From IMG/VR virus record IMGVR_UViG_3300042866_001263: a stretch of 64,000 bases of DNA. One strand, given 5' to 3'. Positions within the stretch are counted from its first letter, which is position 1. Every line of letters starts with the position of its first letter. This document shows positions 35,101-45,200 of the stretch, one piece after another. Origin of the DNA: a virus. Its lineage: Duplodnaviria; Caudoviricetes. The position numbers and the translations under genes are program-made. The notes below the pieces were generated by a model. It was not told where the DNA came from. It was given only the letters and a program-made list of their open reading frames with translations, and did not search any database.

Positions 35101-37317
35101 CCTGGAGGGTCAGTTGCTACTGCTCGTATTGAAGTCTCTGGTGGAAAAATCTATAATGCAGAAATTTCACTGAGCGGATTTGGATATACTGAACCACCAT
35201 CAGTTGTAGTTAAAGGAGTTGGAAATGGAGCTGGTGGTTGTGAAATTGAAACCTTCATTGAGATCGATACTCCTGCTGTTCAAATGGGTATTGCTACTGA
35301 TATAGTTGGAATAACAAATTCAACAATACCAACACATTTTGCTTTTGATTATCCAGTTTATCTACAAAATGACACTGAATATGCTATGGCAGTCGAGACA
35401 GATTCCATAGATTATAAGATCTGGGCTTCTAGACTTGGAGAAGTTGATATTGCTACAAGCACCGTTATCACAACTCAACCATCTCTAGGATCTGTTTATA
35501 GATCACAAAATGTTGATGATTGGACTGAAGATATTTTTGAAGATCTCAAGTTCAAACTTTATAGAGCAGAGTTTGCTATCACAAGACCAGCAGAATTATT
35601 ACTAACAAATGAAAATCTTGGTTATGAATTACTGAATGTAAATCCATTTGAAACAAATGCTGGATCTAGCACAAATGCAACCTCAAAGCTATTCAAGAAC
35701 AATAACAATATTGTTAAAGTTAACCATAGAGATAATGGATTTGAGGATTCAGGAAAATCATATGTATTTTTCAGAAGTGCCGAGGAAGTCGCTGGTGTTA
35801 CATCAAATATCTTGAACAATACGCTATTTAAGATCAGTAATTCTGGTATTGATACTTACAATATCACATCTTCGTCGAAGGCAACTGGAAACTCATTCGG
35901 TGGTGGAGAATCAGTTTATGCCAGCTTCAACAGAAAATTTGAGATCTTATACCCACAAATTCGCTATATCACCGTGACTGGAACAAAGATTGAATCTTCT
36001 GTTAAGACTACCAATATTATTCCAGTAGATTCCAAGACAACAAATTATGTTTCATATTCACAGACAGATGATTATGAAAAGACATTCTTGAATGAACCAC
36101 ATTATTTTGCTAATCAAAAAATGATGGCATCAAGGATTAATGAATCTCTCAATAATCTCACAAGATCATTAACTTATAAGATTGCTTTGACATCGGAAAA
36201 ATCTTATCTATCACCAGTCATAGATATTTCCACTGCCTCTATAAAGAGTAGCACAAATAGAATTGAAAATGCTAGTGGTCAAGAGGATAGATTTGGAAGA
36301 AGAGATCAACTAATTGAATTCTACCCAGTATATCAGTTCCAACTTGTTGATAATGGATCGACGCAAATTCAATCTAATCAAACGATCCAAGGATATAACA
36401 CCAAAGCTACTGGAACTATTGCTCGTGTCGTTGGAAATGTAGTTTATGTAAGAGTTAAAACAACTCAATTCTTTGAAAGAGGTGAAAGAGTTATTCTTGG
36501 AAATCAGCAAGGATTAACAGAAAATGTTGATGGAGTAATTCTACCAAAGGTCAAGATTAATAGCAACCCATCACAAGTATTTGTAAGTATAGCAGATGCT
36601 TCTACAATAGTTGCTCGCAATCCATCGTCTATCCTACAGACATATGATAATATCATTACTGGCAAGACTGTTATTTGGAATAATAAAACTCAGGAGTTAG
36701 TTGTCCGTACTGATATTCAACCAATTATTGATGATTTCAATTCCAGAATTATTGATAACGCTGTATTCAATAGAAATGCAGTAGTGATCGATCAAATTGC
36801 CGACATCTTTAGAATTGGTGATTTTATTAAGTATCCAAATCAACCAGATGCAGAAGCATCATATTGGGAGATTGGTAAGGTTTCTTATAGAAATGGTATT
36901 GATTTTGTTTCTGATGATACATCGAAGAATAGTTCTTCTGTTGCAAAATATGTAACAAAAGAGGTTTCTATCAATAGTCCAGCTACTTCAATTGATGTTC
37001 GCCTAACCGCAAATGTCAAGGATGTTCAAAGTGTTCAAGTTCTTTACCGTTACAAGAAAGCATCCAGTCAAGAAAACTTTGAAGATATTGATTGGATCTA
37101 CTTTAATCAGGATGGACAACCAGATACACTAGAGATTGCTACTAGCGAAAATACCATTTCTTCAACTACAGAGAAGCAATCTTCTTATCAGGAGTTTAAG
37201 TATAGTGTTTCCAATCTTCCAGAATTTTCGTCGTTTGCTGTAAAGATTGTCATGAAGTCAGTTGATCCAGCATACGTTCCCAAAATTCAAGATATTCGTG
37301 CAGTAGCATCCTTCTGA
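29185..37317 (+). CDS. VrlC-like / DUF4815 large virion structural protein, 2710 aa
   Basis: NLNVNPYYEDFDANKNFYKVLFRPG..QGRELTQLQSILQNQ; APGAHRLKI; ARRTFDESGDY; LAQTF.V. Confidence 0.88.
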   Translation: MPQKTNLNVNPYYEDFDANKNFYKVLFRPGYSIQGRELTQLQSILQNQIESFGKYAFKQGEMVIPGEVGLNTKLDYVKLSSVSEVAINEGNDIVYKKYDISQLVGQQVVGLTSGVVATILTTKESTDTSVDTIYVNYITSGNSNTEPTFRQGETLEVVDGVNTPLLVVGTNGSVLPTSISVINPDTGDVASVESPAMGFASAVKVEEGIYFINGYFVRNDAELLVIDEYYDKPSAKIGFTISETIVTPEQDSSLYDNAIGSSNYTAPGAHRLKIGVKLTEFDLGAITDKNFIQLLTVSRGVVKSKVTQTDYNLLEETLARRTFDESGDYVVDNFAVDVREYAQKDGNKGIFSADEFGLYNGLTSAESSKKMIASVGSGKAYVKGYEIVNKETKYLPINKARESLSSDNVTLKTKGLPTFSVTNVYGSVPLNKEGSDLTAYPDVFLYSTFNDGSIGLNNTELPTDHRQTLDRRGLIFNSNDAIKTITIQVTNTVTTIASITDGTFEDKIGTLYYVKTRGNTNAPTAIGSIKSLSYAVVSKPLVNPNTAVKFIELTVLGPKDELELLLLEYDNGDTSFLRKLYLTQASAQLGANNSEFGFIVDYRPTITPVIGKVKPSNFYLQSRGSGFNSDSDIVLSRGRLSGGSSAYNGVFGLSYFDPSFFTKITLESVPTGVGAFDTGKYVFGLESGAYGVVEGSPSGVYTTNNLLFVKTLSGRFKSGETIRDESGSTVKIAKDNTISHFVVQNRGLGYADGVSIIINGLEYDSSKVELFKTNSGSIYKALINNRRAVNIEFSQPPAVSVKNPSDATPPSSGAVVVPILFRDTVVTYSPQNVKSIGCRYGSGNANVFSADAVVDSKVYSEIKSVTDFTFFGTAGYDFIESTSFSADASTAVTQGDVVQFSDVNNNLVRAVVQSATEPSGSAKTRIYLDTVLPGNVTNTSIVRLRPVLKNPNSGTLLFPTGSKQVGKISAGGDDTKIKYYFRRDFVTTASASGGTVTFAAQLPFGTQRFAAFTEENYVITVLDKGDAPDIENGDIIYINSDAVEISSATDTASGLTSGSISLQLPSTYFGTIPSNGTFPKLKLTATLEVSNAKPRLKTAIKNKRITVNSSGDRVVPFRGNDYDVETVEILSYSDAYKLRYVYEGTSTTPPEVDTAGNLISGTDVTSRFTFDNGQRDTIYDVSRIVLKPGFEPTSGQLLIAFDYFEHSQGDFCTIDSYLHEAGVDESEIPTFNSSVHGNLELKNVLDFRPKVDNQAIIPGFQDTSSLEVTTGQFSGSGSVIAATPAADLGLEYTFSFSQVQYLDRIDGIFLNKKGEFFIKEGNSSLNPSKPDSVDDAIALFYVYIPAYTKTSNDVRLTPVDNRRYTMRDIGKLEKRIERLEYYTTLSILEQQALNMQIKDEIGLDRFKSGFFVDNFESHRVGNLSSLDYKCAIDSQQSVLRPQSKENSVSLKEVYTREDQRAVAGYKKTGNIITLPYTNLELLGNSFASKTLNPNPFVVIQYVGDVNVSPNIDQWYDQNIDPVVVDTNTSLFNIFLAKSDSKESFSSLYNSFVVNWVGAATAFTSINSLGEVNTQQATSAVTSASVSSSSNISPQNNDIGKGVQTKSINNKLVSTSLSFFTRSIPVKYVIRRLKPNTIVNVFLEGRKINRWVNPDLRFTGIAGNSLSSFNGTVITDENGNASGLILIPAGAPPRENATWSGDVNTVDYDTSGEEIRLTTGNLTFRFTSSATDAPKDTVDTYAEVKYYATGILPENPVSIVSTKPAYFKSNEGVQIINNNTDNPLRPNPLAQTFKVQNFDGGLFVTGVDLFFSTKSNDIPVKVYLTDVVSGKPGKNVIPGTEKVLNPNTFLKCYASGNVIVTKGENVTGTKSAASGPILKIIDKNGVEVVPSASGKFSLTNEQVYTLVLSNHNGRSFAQNEDLSIPSVTLANAKDGTDLKLTIAKDSGRLSDIRIKNTGANYDSAILTIESPQLPGGSVATARIEVSGGKIYNAEISLSGFGYTEPPSVVVKGVGNGAGGCEIETFIEIDTPAVQMGIATDIVGITNSTIPTHFAFDYPVYLQNDTEYAMAVETDSIDYKIWASRLGEVDIATSTVITTQPSLGSVYRSQNVDDWTEDIFEDLKFKLYRAEFAITRPAELLLTNENLGYELLNVNPFETNAGSSTNATSKLFKNNNNIVKVNHRDNGFEDSGKSYVFFRSAEEVAGVTSNILNNTLFKISNSGIDTYNITSSSKATGNSFGGGESVYASFNRKFEILYPQIRYITVTGTKIESSVKTTNIIPVDSKTTNYVSYSQTDDYEKTFLNEPHYFANQKMMASRINESLNNLTRSLTYKIALTSEKSYLSPVIDISTASIKSSTNRIENASGQEDRFGRRDQLIEFYPVYQFQLVDNGSTQIQSNQTIQGYNTKATGTIARVVGNVVYVRVKTTQFFERGERVILGNQQGLTENVDGVILPKVKINSNPSQVFVSIADASTIVARNPSSILQTYDNIITGKTVIWNNKTQELVVRTDIQPIIDDFNSRIIDNAVFNRNAVVIDQIADIFRIGDFIKYPNQPDAEASYWEIGKVSYRNGIDFVSDDTSKNSSSVAKYVTKEVSINSPATSIDVRLTANVKDVQSVQVLYRYKKASSQENFEDIDWIYFNQDGQPDTLEIATSENTISSTTEKQSSYQEFKYSVSNLPEFSSFAVKIVMKSVDPAYVPKIQDIRAVASF

Positions 37318-37326
37318 TTTCCGCAT

Positions 37327-37533
37327 ATGGATTATATCAAAGTTAGTGGGCATGATGGTCTCGTGAGGGATGAAAACACAGGCGCCATCTTGAATTTGGA
37401 CGATTCTGCGATAGAAGCAAGGCGCAAATCAAAACACCTTGGTTCCGCATTAGAAGACATAAATATGTTGAAGAATGAAATCTCTGAAATCAAGTCCCTA
37501 CTGCAAGAGTTAATAAAACATGGCAATACTTAG
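37327..37533 (+). CDS. small conserved virion-associated protein
   Basis: [19 protein letters not shown] followed by a C-terminal coiled coil. Confidence 0.8.
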   Translation: MDYIKVSGHDGLVRDENTGAILNLDDSAIEARRKSKHLGSALEDINMLKNEISEIKSLLQELIKHGNT

Positions 37534-40500
37534 AAACGTTGCTAGAACAGATACCTTTGAGCAACAAAGGGTAAAAATTAATGAAATTGCTTCTGACCTG
37601 TTTACGGTTCAGACAAGCGTTGGTGCTGGCGCATTTAGTATGAGTGATGGCACTGTTCAAGCGCCAGCGTTATTCTTTACCAATGCTAATGATGTAGGTA
37701 TTTTCAGAGGTGGTCCAAAATCATTATATATTGCTGCAGAAGGAAAATCTGTAGCTTCTTTTGATAAGTCATATCTCACATCTTTGCAGAATTTTAGAAC
37801 TTTGGTTTCTGCAATTCCAACTGGAGATGGTGGAATTACACTAAGTAACGGAGGTTCATTATATTACGGAGGAACTTTTTCCAGTGTTCCATTAACAGGT
37901 GGATCTGGAAATGGAGCAAAAGCTACCTTAACAGTAATTCCAATTGTAGGAACTATTACTAATGGTGGAACTGGGTATGTTGGTGGTAGTTATGTAGACG
38001 TTCCCCTCATCAATGGTTCTGGATCTGGAGCAAAAGCGATTATAACTGTTTCTCCATTTACAGGAAGTATTCAACGAGGTGGAGCTGGTGGAGATATTGG
38101 TCAAAATCAAACACAAATTTTCACTAATGTTTCACTAACTGGTGGTTTTGGAAATGGAATGAGAGCCGACATTACTGTTGGTGTTGCTGGTCCTGTTACT
38201 GCTGTTACTGGAGTTAGTATAATCAATCAGGGTTCTGGTTATCAAACTGGAGATGTTCTGAGTGCTGTACCAAACACAATTGGTGGTGTTACTGGATTTC
38301 AATATGTAATTAATGGTGTTGGTAACGTATCTGCTATTAGTGTTTTGAATGGTGGCAATAACTTATATACAGTAGGAAATACTCTATCCGTAAATAATTC
38401 TAGTTTAGGTGGTAGTGGTTCTGGATTTGTATTTACTATTACTGGCGTAGGTCAAGTAACAAATGCAGTAATTTCGGATGGTGGGGATGGTTACTTAACG
38501 AATGATGTTCTATCAGTAAATAATACCGAATTTGCGGCTACTGATACTTATTATGTTAAGATGTATCTAACTCAATTATTGACATTTAGTGGTACATTAC
38601 CAACAACAAATTTTGATGTTGGACAGACATTAACATACAACGGTTTATCAAAAACAATTGTAAAGAAATACACGTCTGGAAGTAATATAGAAGCAGTAAT
38701 TATTCAGGTAGATGCCAATAATTTAGATTATAGTCCAGGTCTTAGTGCAACATGTAATGGTTCAACTGCCGCTGTAGCTTCAATACAGACTGCTTTAAAT
38801 TATTATTTTACTGAGCCGAATGCATCTTCTACATCACCTTACACAAATCTTCCAAATTTCACCTTTAAGAAAAACAGAAGATATATTTTCAATCAACAAG
38901 ATTTTAGTAATAACACACACCCATTAAGGTTCAGTACGACTAGAGACGGATGGCATACTGTTATTAGCGGAGAAGGAGCACAACGAGTTTTTGGTGAAGA
39001 ATATAACGGTCCAGAAGTAAATTATGAGTATGGTGCAAATATTATTTCAATCGTTCCAAGTGATGACACCCCAACAACATTATATTATTATTGCGGAAAC
39101 GGTAATGATTTAGCACACCTAGATGAAGGTGGTTATAATAATAGAGAGGCAGTTATCACTATTAGTGGCAGTGATCCAGTAAGTGGTAGTGGTCTACAGA
39201 TTACTGTTGGAACAATCAATACTGCCAGTAATATTGTATTAAACAGAGATGGTTCTGCTACTTTAGGGAGTTTGACCTCAGGACCTGGAACTTTTACTGG
39301 TGCGGTGTCAGCAGCATCTCTATCTACAGCAGGTAATTTTTCAGTAAATAATACAAAATTTACTATTGCTTCATCAACTGGTGATACTTATATTGATGGT
39401 GGATTGACAGTAAATGGAGAATTGGCATTCCTTGGTGATGCTTCTTTAGGATCTACTCTATATGTTGATTCTGTAAATAATAAAGTATCCATCAATAGAG
39501 ATCCAGCAGTAACTGCTTTAACATATGATTTGGAGATTGTTGGTAGTTTATATAATGATGGCGACGTTGTTTTAGCAGAGACTGCACTATCGTCAGCAAT
39601 TATTGGAGATGTCGCAAATATTTCTGGTACTCCAAAACTTGGAGTTGATGGAAGCATTTATTCCGATGGTTCTTTCCTAGGAAATCCAACAGGAAACATT
39701 AAAATTCCTGCATATAGTTTTGATTCAAATACCAGATATGGATTATCATTCAATCCAACAAATTCCACATTATCCATCGCCACTGGTAGCGGAGAAACGG
39801 TAAGATATGGAGACTTATTAACATCTTTCTATAGAAATATTGATTTTGTAAATACAACTATTACCTCAACAACTCTTGTTAATGGTGCTGGATACACAAA
39901 TGGTTCTTATTCTGGATTGCAACCAACTGGTGGAACAGGTACTGGATTAACTGTAAATGCTATTGTTGCTTTTAGAGTTAATATACCAACTGCTGGTGCT
40001 GGTTATACACCTGGAACATATGATAATGTGCCACTAACTGGTGGTGATGGAACTGGAGCACAAGCTACTATTGTGATTGGACCTTCTGGTGGAGTAACCG
40101 AAGTTATTGTCACAAATGCTGGTAATGGATTATATGCTGTAGGTAACTCATTAGCGTTTGCATATACTTCTCTCACTACAATTGTTGGTGGATCACCTGT
40201 AACATCAACTGTTCCAACAACCGTTGCTTCTCTATCGGTTTCTGTTTTGGGAGCAGTAACTAAGGTAACAATCACTGACAGTGGTGATGGATATGTTACT
40301 GGAGATGAATTGACTGTTACTCCACCAGGAACACCAACAATAGTATCAAAAATAACTATTGGAACTACAACTAATTCTATAACTGCTGGTGTTAATAAAT
40401 CTACTGGAACAATTACAGCTCAATCTATCAATACTCTAGGTTCTGGTATTCTCGTAGATAACAACCTATCTATCGATGGCGTTACAATATCTTCTACACA

Positions 40501-41650
40501 GAATGAAGATATTGTCATTGCTCCTGGTGCTTCATCTAAGATCCTTTCCGTTTCTGGAACTGGTGGTGTAAAACTCCCAGTTGGAAACTCTACTAATAGA
40601 CCTTCTGCTTCTACTGCTGGTATTGTTAGATATAACAATCAAACATCACAGTACGAGGGTTCGAATGGTGTAAACTTCATCTCTCTAGGTGGAGTAAGAG
40701 ACGTTGATGGAAATACGTATATTATCGCTGAAGAGACTGTAGGTGCTAATGACAATATCTTATACTTCTTCAACGATAATTATAACTCAGCAAGATTAAA
40801 CAGAACAGAGTTAGAACTAACAACTGCCAACAAAATTTCTTCTAAAGATACGGATGGCAAGTTTGTATGGAAGGCAAATACAGCATATCTTCTAAATGCA
40901 TATGTTTATTATGGCGATAACATTTATAAGGTAACCACTGCTGGCATAACTTCAACACAAGCACCAACACACACATCTGGATCAGTTACCGATGGAACTG
41001 CAGTTCTTGAATATTACAGCGATGCATATGCAAATCTTGAGATAAGAGCAGATGAAGTAAAGATTGGAATTAGATTAAACGTAAATGACAAACTTGCTTT
41101 ATATTCATATAACACAAGTAATCTAATTTTTGAAAATCAAGTTGATAATTTCCAGTTTGCGTTTGGAAATATTATTGGAGTACCAGATACTTTCCTAACA
41201 TTAGATACTGCTGGCACTCTAAAGATCAACAGAAATTATGATACATCTGGTCCAACAGATAATCAAATTATTTTAGACAAAACACTCAAGTATATTGAAT
41301 TGGATGATGTTATTTTATCAACTGCAGATTCAACTTTAGTAAAAGGAATTACTAACACAGGTGCTGCAATTGTTTATAACTCAACCACGCATAAAGGAGC
41401 TAAAGTTGTTGCAGTTGCTGATAATATCACAACTGGTGATAGACATATTGTTGAATACAATGTCATTCACAAAAACTCAAATATATATGTTAATGAATAT
41501 GGCAATTTAGATACTGGAACAGAGCAGTTCTCAGCAGCATTTGATTTTGATGGATCTGGTAATGTTAGAGTAACTTATACAGTATCTGACGCCGTTGCCT
41601 CTGGTAACAATATTGTGATCACTACTACCAAAACTCAAATCAAGAAGTAA
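37520..41650 (+). CDS. tail fibre / baseplate-associated structural protein, 1376 aa
   Basis: N-terminal [15 protein letters not shown], Gly-rich G.GY repeats, [14 protein letters not shown], cupredoxin-like and CBM-like inserts. Confidence 0.8.
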   Translation: MAILRNVARTDTFEQQRVKINEIASDLFTVQTSVGAGAFSMSDGTVQAPALFFTNANDVGIFRGGPKSLYIAAEGKSVASFDKSYLTSLQNFRTLVSAIPTGDGGITLSNGGSLYYGGTFSSVPLTGGSGNGAKATLTVIPIVGTITNGGTGYVGGSYVDVPLINGSGSGAKAIITVSPFTGSIQRGGAGGDIGQNQTQIFTNVSLTGGFGNGMRADITVGVAGPVTAVTGVSIINQGSGYQTGDVLSAVPNTIGGVTGFQYVINGVGNVSAISVLNGGNNLYTVGNTLSVNNSSLGGSGSGFVFTITGVGQVTNAVISDGGDGYLTNDVLSVNNTEFAATDTYYVKMYLTQLLTFSGTLPTTNFDVGQTLTYNGLSKTIVKKYTSGSNIEAVIIQVDANNLDYSPGLSATCNGSTAAVASIQTALNYYFTEPNASSTSPYTNLPNFTFKKNRRYIFNQQDFSNNTHPLRFSTTRDGWHTVISGEGAQRVFGEEYNGPEVNYEYGANIISIVPSDDTPTTLYYYCGNGNDLAHLDEGGYNNREAVITISGSDPVSGSGLQITVGTINTASNIVLNRDGSATLGSLTSGPGTFTGAVSAASLSTAGNFSVNNTKFTIASSTGDTYIDGGLTVNGELAFLGDASLGSTLYVDSVNNKVSINRDPAVTALTYDLEIVGSLYNDGDVVLAETALSSAIIGDVANISGTPKLGVDGSIYSDGSFLGNPTGNIKIPAYSFDSNTRYGLSFNPTNSTLSIATGSGETVRYGDLLTSFYRNIDFVNTTITSTTLVNGAGYTNGSYSGLQPTGGTGTGLTVNAIVAFRVNIPTAGAGYTPGTYDNVPLTGGDGTGAQATIVIGPSGGVTEVIVTNAGNGLYAVGNSLAFAYTSLTTIVGGSPVTSTVPTTVASLSVSVLGAVTKVTITDSGDGYVTGDELTVTPPGTPTIVSKITIGTTTNSITAGVNKSTGTITAQSINTLGSGILVDNNLSIDGVTISSTQNEDIVIAPGASSKILSVSGTGGVKLPVGNSTNRPSASTAGIVRYNNQTSQYEGSNGVNFISLGGVRDVDGNTYIIAEETVGANDNILYFFNDNYNSARLNRTELELTTANKISSKDTDGKFVWKANTAYLLNAYVYYGDNIYKVTTAGITSTQAPTHTSGSVTDGTAVLEYYSDAYANLEIRADEVKIGIRLNVNDKLALYSYNTSNLIFENQVDNFQFAFGNIIGVPDTFLTLDTAGTLKINRNYDTSGPTDNQIILDKTLKYIELDDVILSTADSTLVKGITNTGAAIVYNSTTHKGAKVVAVADNITTGDRHIVEYNVIHKNSNIYVNEYGNLDTGTEQFSAAFDFDGSGNVRVTYTVSDAVASGNNIVITTTKTQIKK

Positions 41651-41656
41651 TAAAAG

Positions 41657-42163
41657 ATGGCAACTACTATCAAGACTTTTAACTCAGAAGGTGGGTTTGG
41701 TGTAAATCAAGTCACACTTGTTACCAATAAATTAGATCTCCAAAATGTCAACACTTTCAGTTTAAAAAATTCAAACTATGCAGATGCTACTAGAACTGAT
41801 TACATCCTTCGTGGATTGAATACAGCAGTTCTAACTTTAGATGGGACTTTTCCTATCATATTAGGATCAAATACTATCAATTTTATTACTGGATATATTG
41901 TTGCTGTAAATCCCACTGGATCAGGGCACTATTCTGTAAAGTTAGAATCGGCAGTAACTTGTGATACAAATGGTGACGTTCAAGTTCTATCAGAACTATT
42001 CACTACTATTAAAGACAGTATCCCTAGTTTGGAAACATGGACTGTTTCCAGTTACGATGCTGGATCACCAAATCAATTTAGTTATACCACATCAAGAGGT
42101 GGTACAACTGACACTATTAAATGGATTGCTAATACTCAAGTTGTGTCAGTTTCCTGGTCCTGA
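41657..42163 (+). CDS. virion structural protein
   Basis: 168 aa beta-rich ORF within the tail cluster (FNSEGGFGV). Confidence 0.7.
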   Translation: MATTIKTFNSEGGFGVNQVTLVTNKLDLQNVNTFSLKNSNYADATRTDYILRGLNTAVLTLDGTFPIILGSNTINFITGYIVAVNPTGSGHYSVKLESAVTCDTNGDVQVLSELFTTIKDSIPSLETWTVSSYDAGSPNQFSYTTSRGGTTDTIKWIANTQVVSVSWS

Positions 42164-42165
42164 TA

Positions 42166-42172
42166 CTAAATA
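42166..42172 (+). promoter_or_regulatory. late promoter
   Basis: CTAAATA before the long tail fibre gene. Confidence 0.6.
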
Positions 42173-42211
42173 AAATAGAAGAAAAAGAACTCCTAGAGGC
42201 ACTGCGATAAA

Positions 42212-45200
42212 ATGAGTTTAGAATTTAATGCTGATAAGCAGATAATCAAATCAACAAATCCTCGTATTATTGGTAGTGGAGACTTTACTATTAGATCAGG
42301 CAGTGGTTCTGATGAAAAGGAAGTCTTTAGGGTTCAACTAGATAATACCACAAAACTTCCCCGTATTGGTGTCAATAGAACTGGGGAAAAAATTGAGAAA
42401 ATTTTAATCAATCAGGGTTTTAATGGAAGTGGATATACCACACAACCATCTGTATTAATTGATCCACCAAGTCTTCCTGGTGGTATTCAGGCACAAGCTT
42501 CTGCTATTATTTCAGCTGGATCGGTAGTTGCTATTATTGTTGATAACGTTGGTTCTGGTTATACTTCTGCTCCTTCCGTAACTATTACTGGAGGTAATGG
42601 TAATGGAGCAGCTGCTACAGCGTATCTTGATACTGTAGATTATGAACTAGATGTTAATGGTGCTATTCGTACATCTACTTCTATTATTTCTGATACTGCA
42701 AGAATTTTAAACCTTGATATCGATAACTTTGTAACCGCTGATGCTAAGTTTCGTGCTCCTTCATTAAAGACTTACGCAAATAATACTGGCACTTTATGGG
42801 CCTCATCAACATCCGTAAGTATCAATTCAACTTTATATTTTGGTAATAACATTTACCAAGCATTAAATACTGGTCTGAGTGGAAGTGTGCCACCAACTCA
42901 TTCAGATGGCATAGTTTCAAATGGTACAGTAAGTCTCAAGCATATTGGTTATAGAGTATCAAGTCCTCTACTTAAAGGATATAATGAGGATATGAGTTAT
43001 CCTCGTTCAATTACTCCACCTTTTGGAGATGATTCCGATAAAATCGCTACCACAGAATACGTTTTAAACCTTGCTACAAATGACGTTGGTGGTCGTGTTT
43101 ATGTTTCTGCTGAGATTGGTAACGATTCAAATAATGGCAGATCTGCTGCTGCTCCTGTAAGAACAATCAAGAGAGCATGTCAGATTGCTTCCCAGACAAA
43201 AGGAATTAAAGAAACGGTTGTTGTTTCTGGTGGTGAATATGTAGAAGATAACCCAATTTCCATTCCAGCAGATTGTTCAGTTGTTGGTGACTCACTTCGT
43301 ATTGTTATTGTTCGTCCGAACAATCCGAACAAACACATGTTCAAGTTTGCGGACAAGAACTATATTTCTGGTTTGACATTTAGAGATAAGATTGATAGTA
43401 ATGGAGATCCTATTGCTACTTGGAAATATGCTTGTGTATTTGACGACAAGCAAAGAATTTATTATGATCCAGCGTCTGGTGGAGATTTCAAGAGAAGTTT
43501 TCCAATCGGACATCAGATTTTTGGACCAGCAAAAATTAGAGTTACTTTCCAAACAAACACAGGTGGTACAGCAATTGCTGAAAACGAATATGTAACTGGT
43601 GTTAACACTGGAGCAGTTGGTTTAGTTACGGCAAGAACATTTACATCTGGAACTGTAAGTGGAACTGTTGATGTTAGAGTTCTAAGTGGTTCTTTCCAAA
43701 CTGGTGAAACATTTACATATCCTGGTGATGGTGCAAGATCTTGGCAAGCAAATACTGTTTATACTTTAAACACTATTATCTACAATGCCAATAATGTTTA
43801 TTCAGTAACTACTGCAGGTACTTCTGGTTCAACTTCACCAACTCATACAACTGGAGCAGAGGCTAACGGAACTGCTACTTTAACTTGGATCCGCAACGTA
43901 TATAACTTAATTGCTGTTCAAGTTGAATCAATTAGAGCGGAAGGTGAAGTTGTAGATCATATTACAGATTTAACTACCACACTACCAATTACAAGAGTAG
44001 ATGGATCACTACAAGCAGATCCAGCAACTGGTGGTATTGTTTTATATACCAATCCATTAGTTGGAAGAAACAATTTTCATAACTTTAAAGAAAATCAAGA
44101 AATTGAAATTTCTGGGTTACCAACATCTACCCCAGATCTTTCATCTCTAAATGGTAAGCAAAGAGTTTTCAAAATTATTCGTGATGCGGATGGAAGATCC
44201 AGACGTATTGTTCTATACAAACAACTAGCAGCATTTACAGATGTCAACTATATTCCAGTAAATGCCAGTGTAAAATCAGCAAATAATTATATTACACTAT
44301 CGCTACTAAACTCTCCAAACAAGTTTCCACTGCCAAACTTTGTTTTAAGACGTTATCAGGATGCTTGTAATCTAATCAGAAATAATATTGACTTCATTAA
44401 AGATGAAGCATATTTACAAATACAAGATGAGTTTAGCCCCAACTTCTCAATCACTTCAATTCAAACAACATCTGGTACTGGTGGTGATGCTGGATATGTA
44501 ATTTTTAGAGTTACAACAACTGGCAATCATGGTTTCTATCTTAATGATACGGTTTCCATTTTCAAAAATGGTTTAACCAATAATATTAACGGAACATTTA
44601 CTGTAACTAATAGAGTAAGTGCAACAGCATTTGAAGTAAAATGGTTGGGTGTTATTGGAACACTTGGTTTAACTTCAGGAACAATTTACACCACATCATC
44701 AACTCCAGCTCTATCTGCGAGTGCTTACGTTCAAAGATCATTTAGTGTACCAAACGAAGCAAAGTGTCGTAGAGATATTGGACACGTGGTAAATGCCATC
44801 ATCATGGATCTTGAGTATGGTGGAAACTATAATGTTATTGAAGCTGCTAAAACTTATGTAACTGGTACTCAGATTGGATACGTTAGCAACGAAATTGCCG
44901 AAACAGTTAGATCAGTTGAGATTGTACGCCAACTTTGTATTCTTGCGATGCGTCGTTGGAGAACTGGAAATGGACAAATAGCAGATCCTCTGTACACTCC
45001 AGTTTACTCTAATGTAGCACGTTATTTTGATACATCAGTAGTACAGGATACATCAAGTCCAGCATGTAATGATGTTGCTTCTGCAATCACAACGCTTGCT
45101 TACGTTTATACAGATACATTATCAAATAACGCAACTGGAACTCAATTAGATGCAGGATATTTAATTTCCAGAAACGCAGACTTTATTGCTTCAGAAGCAC

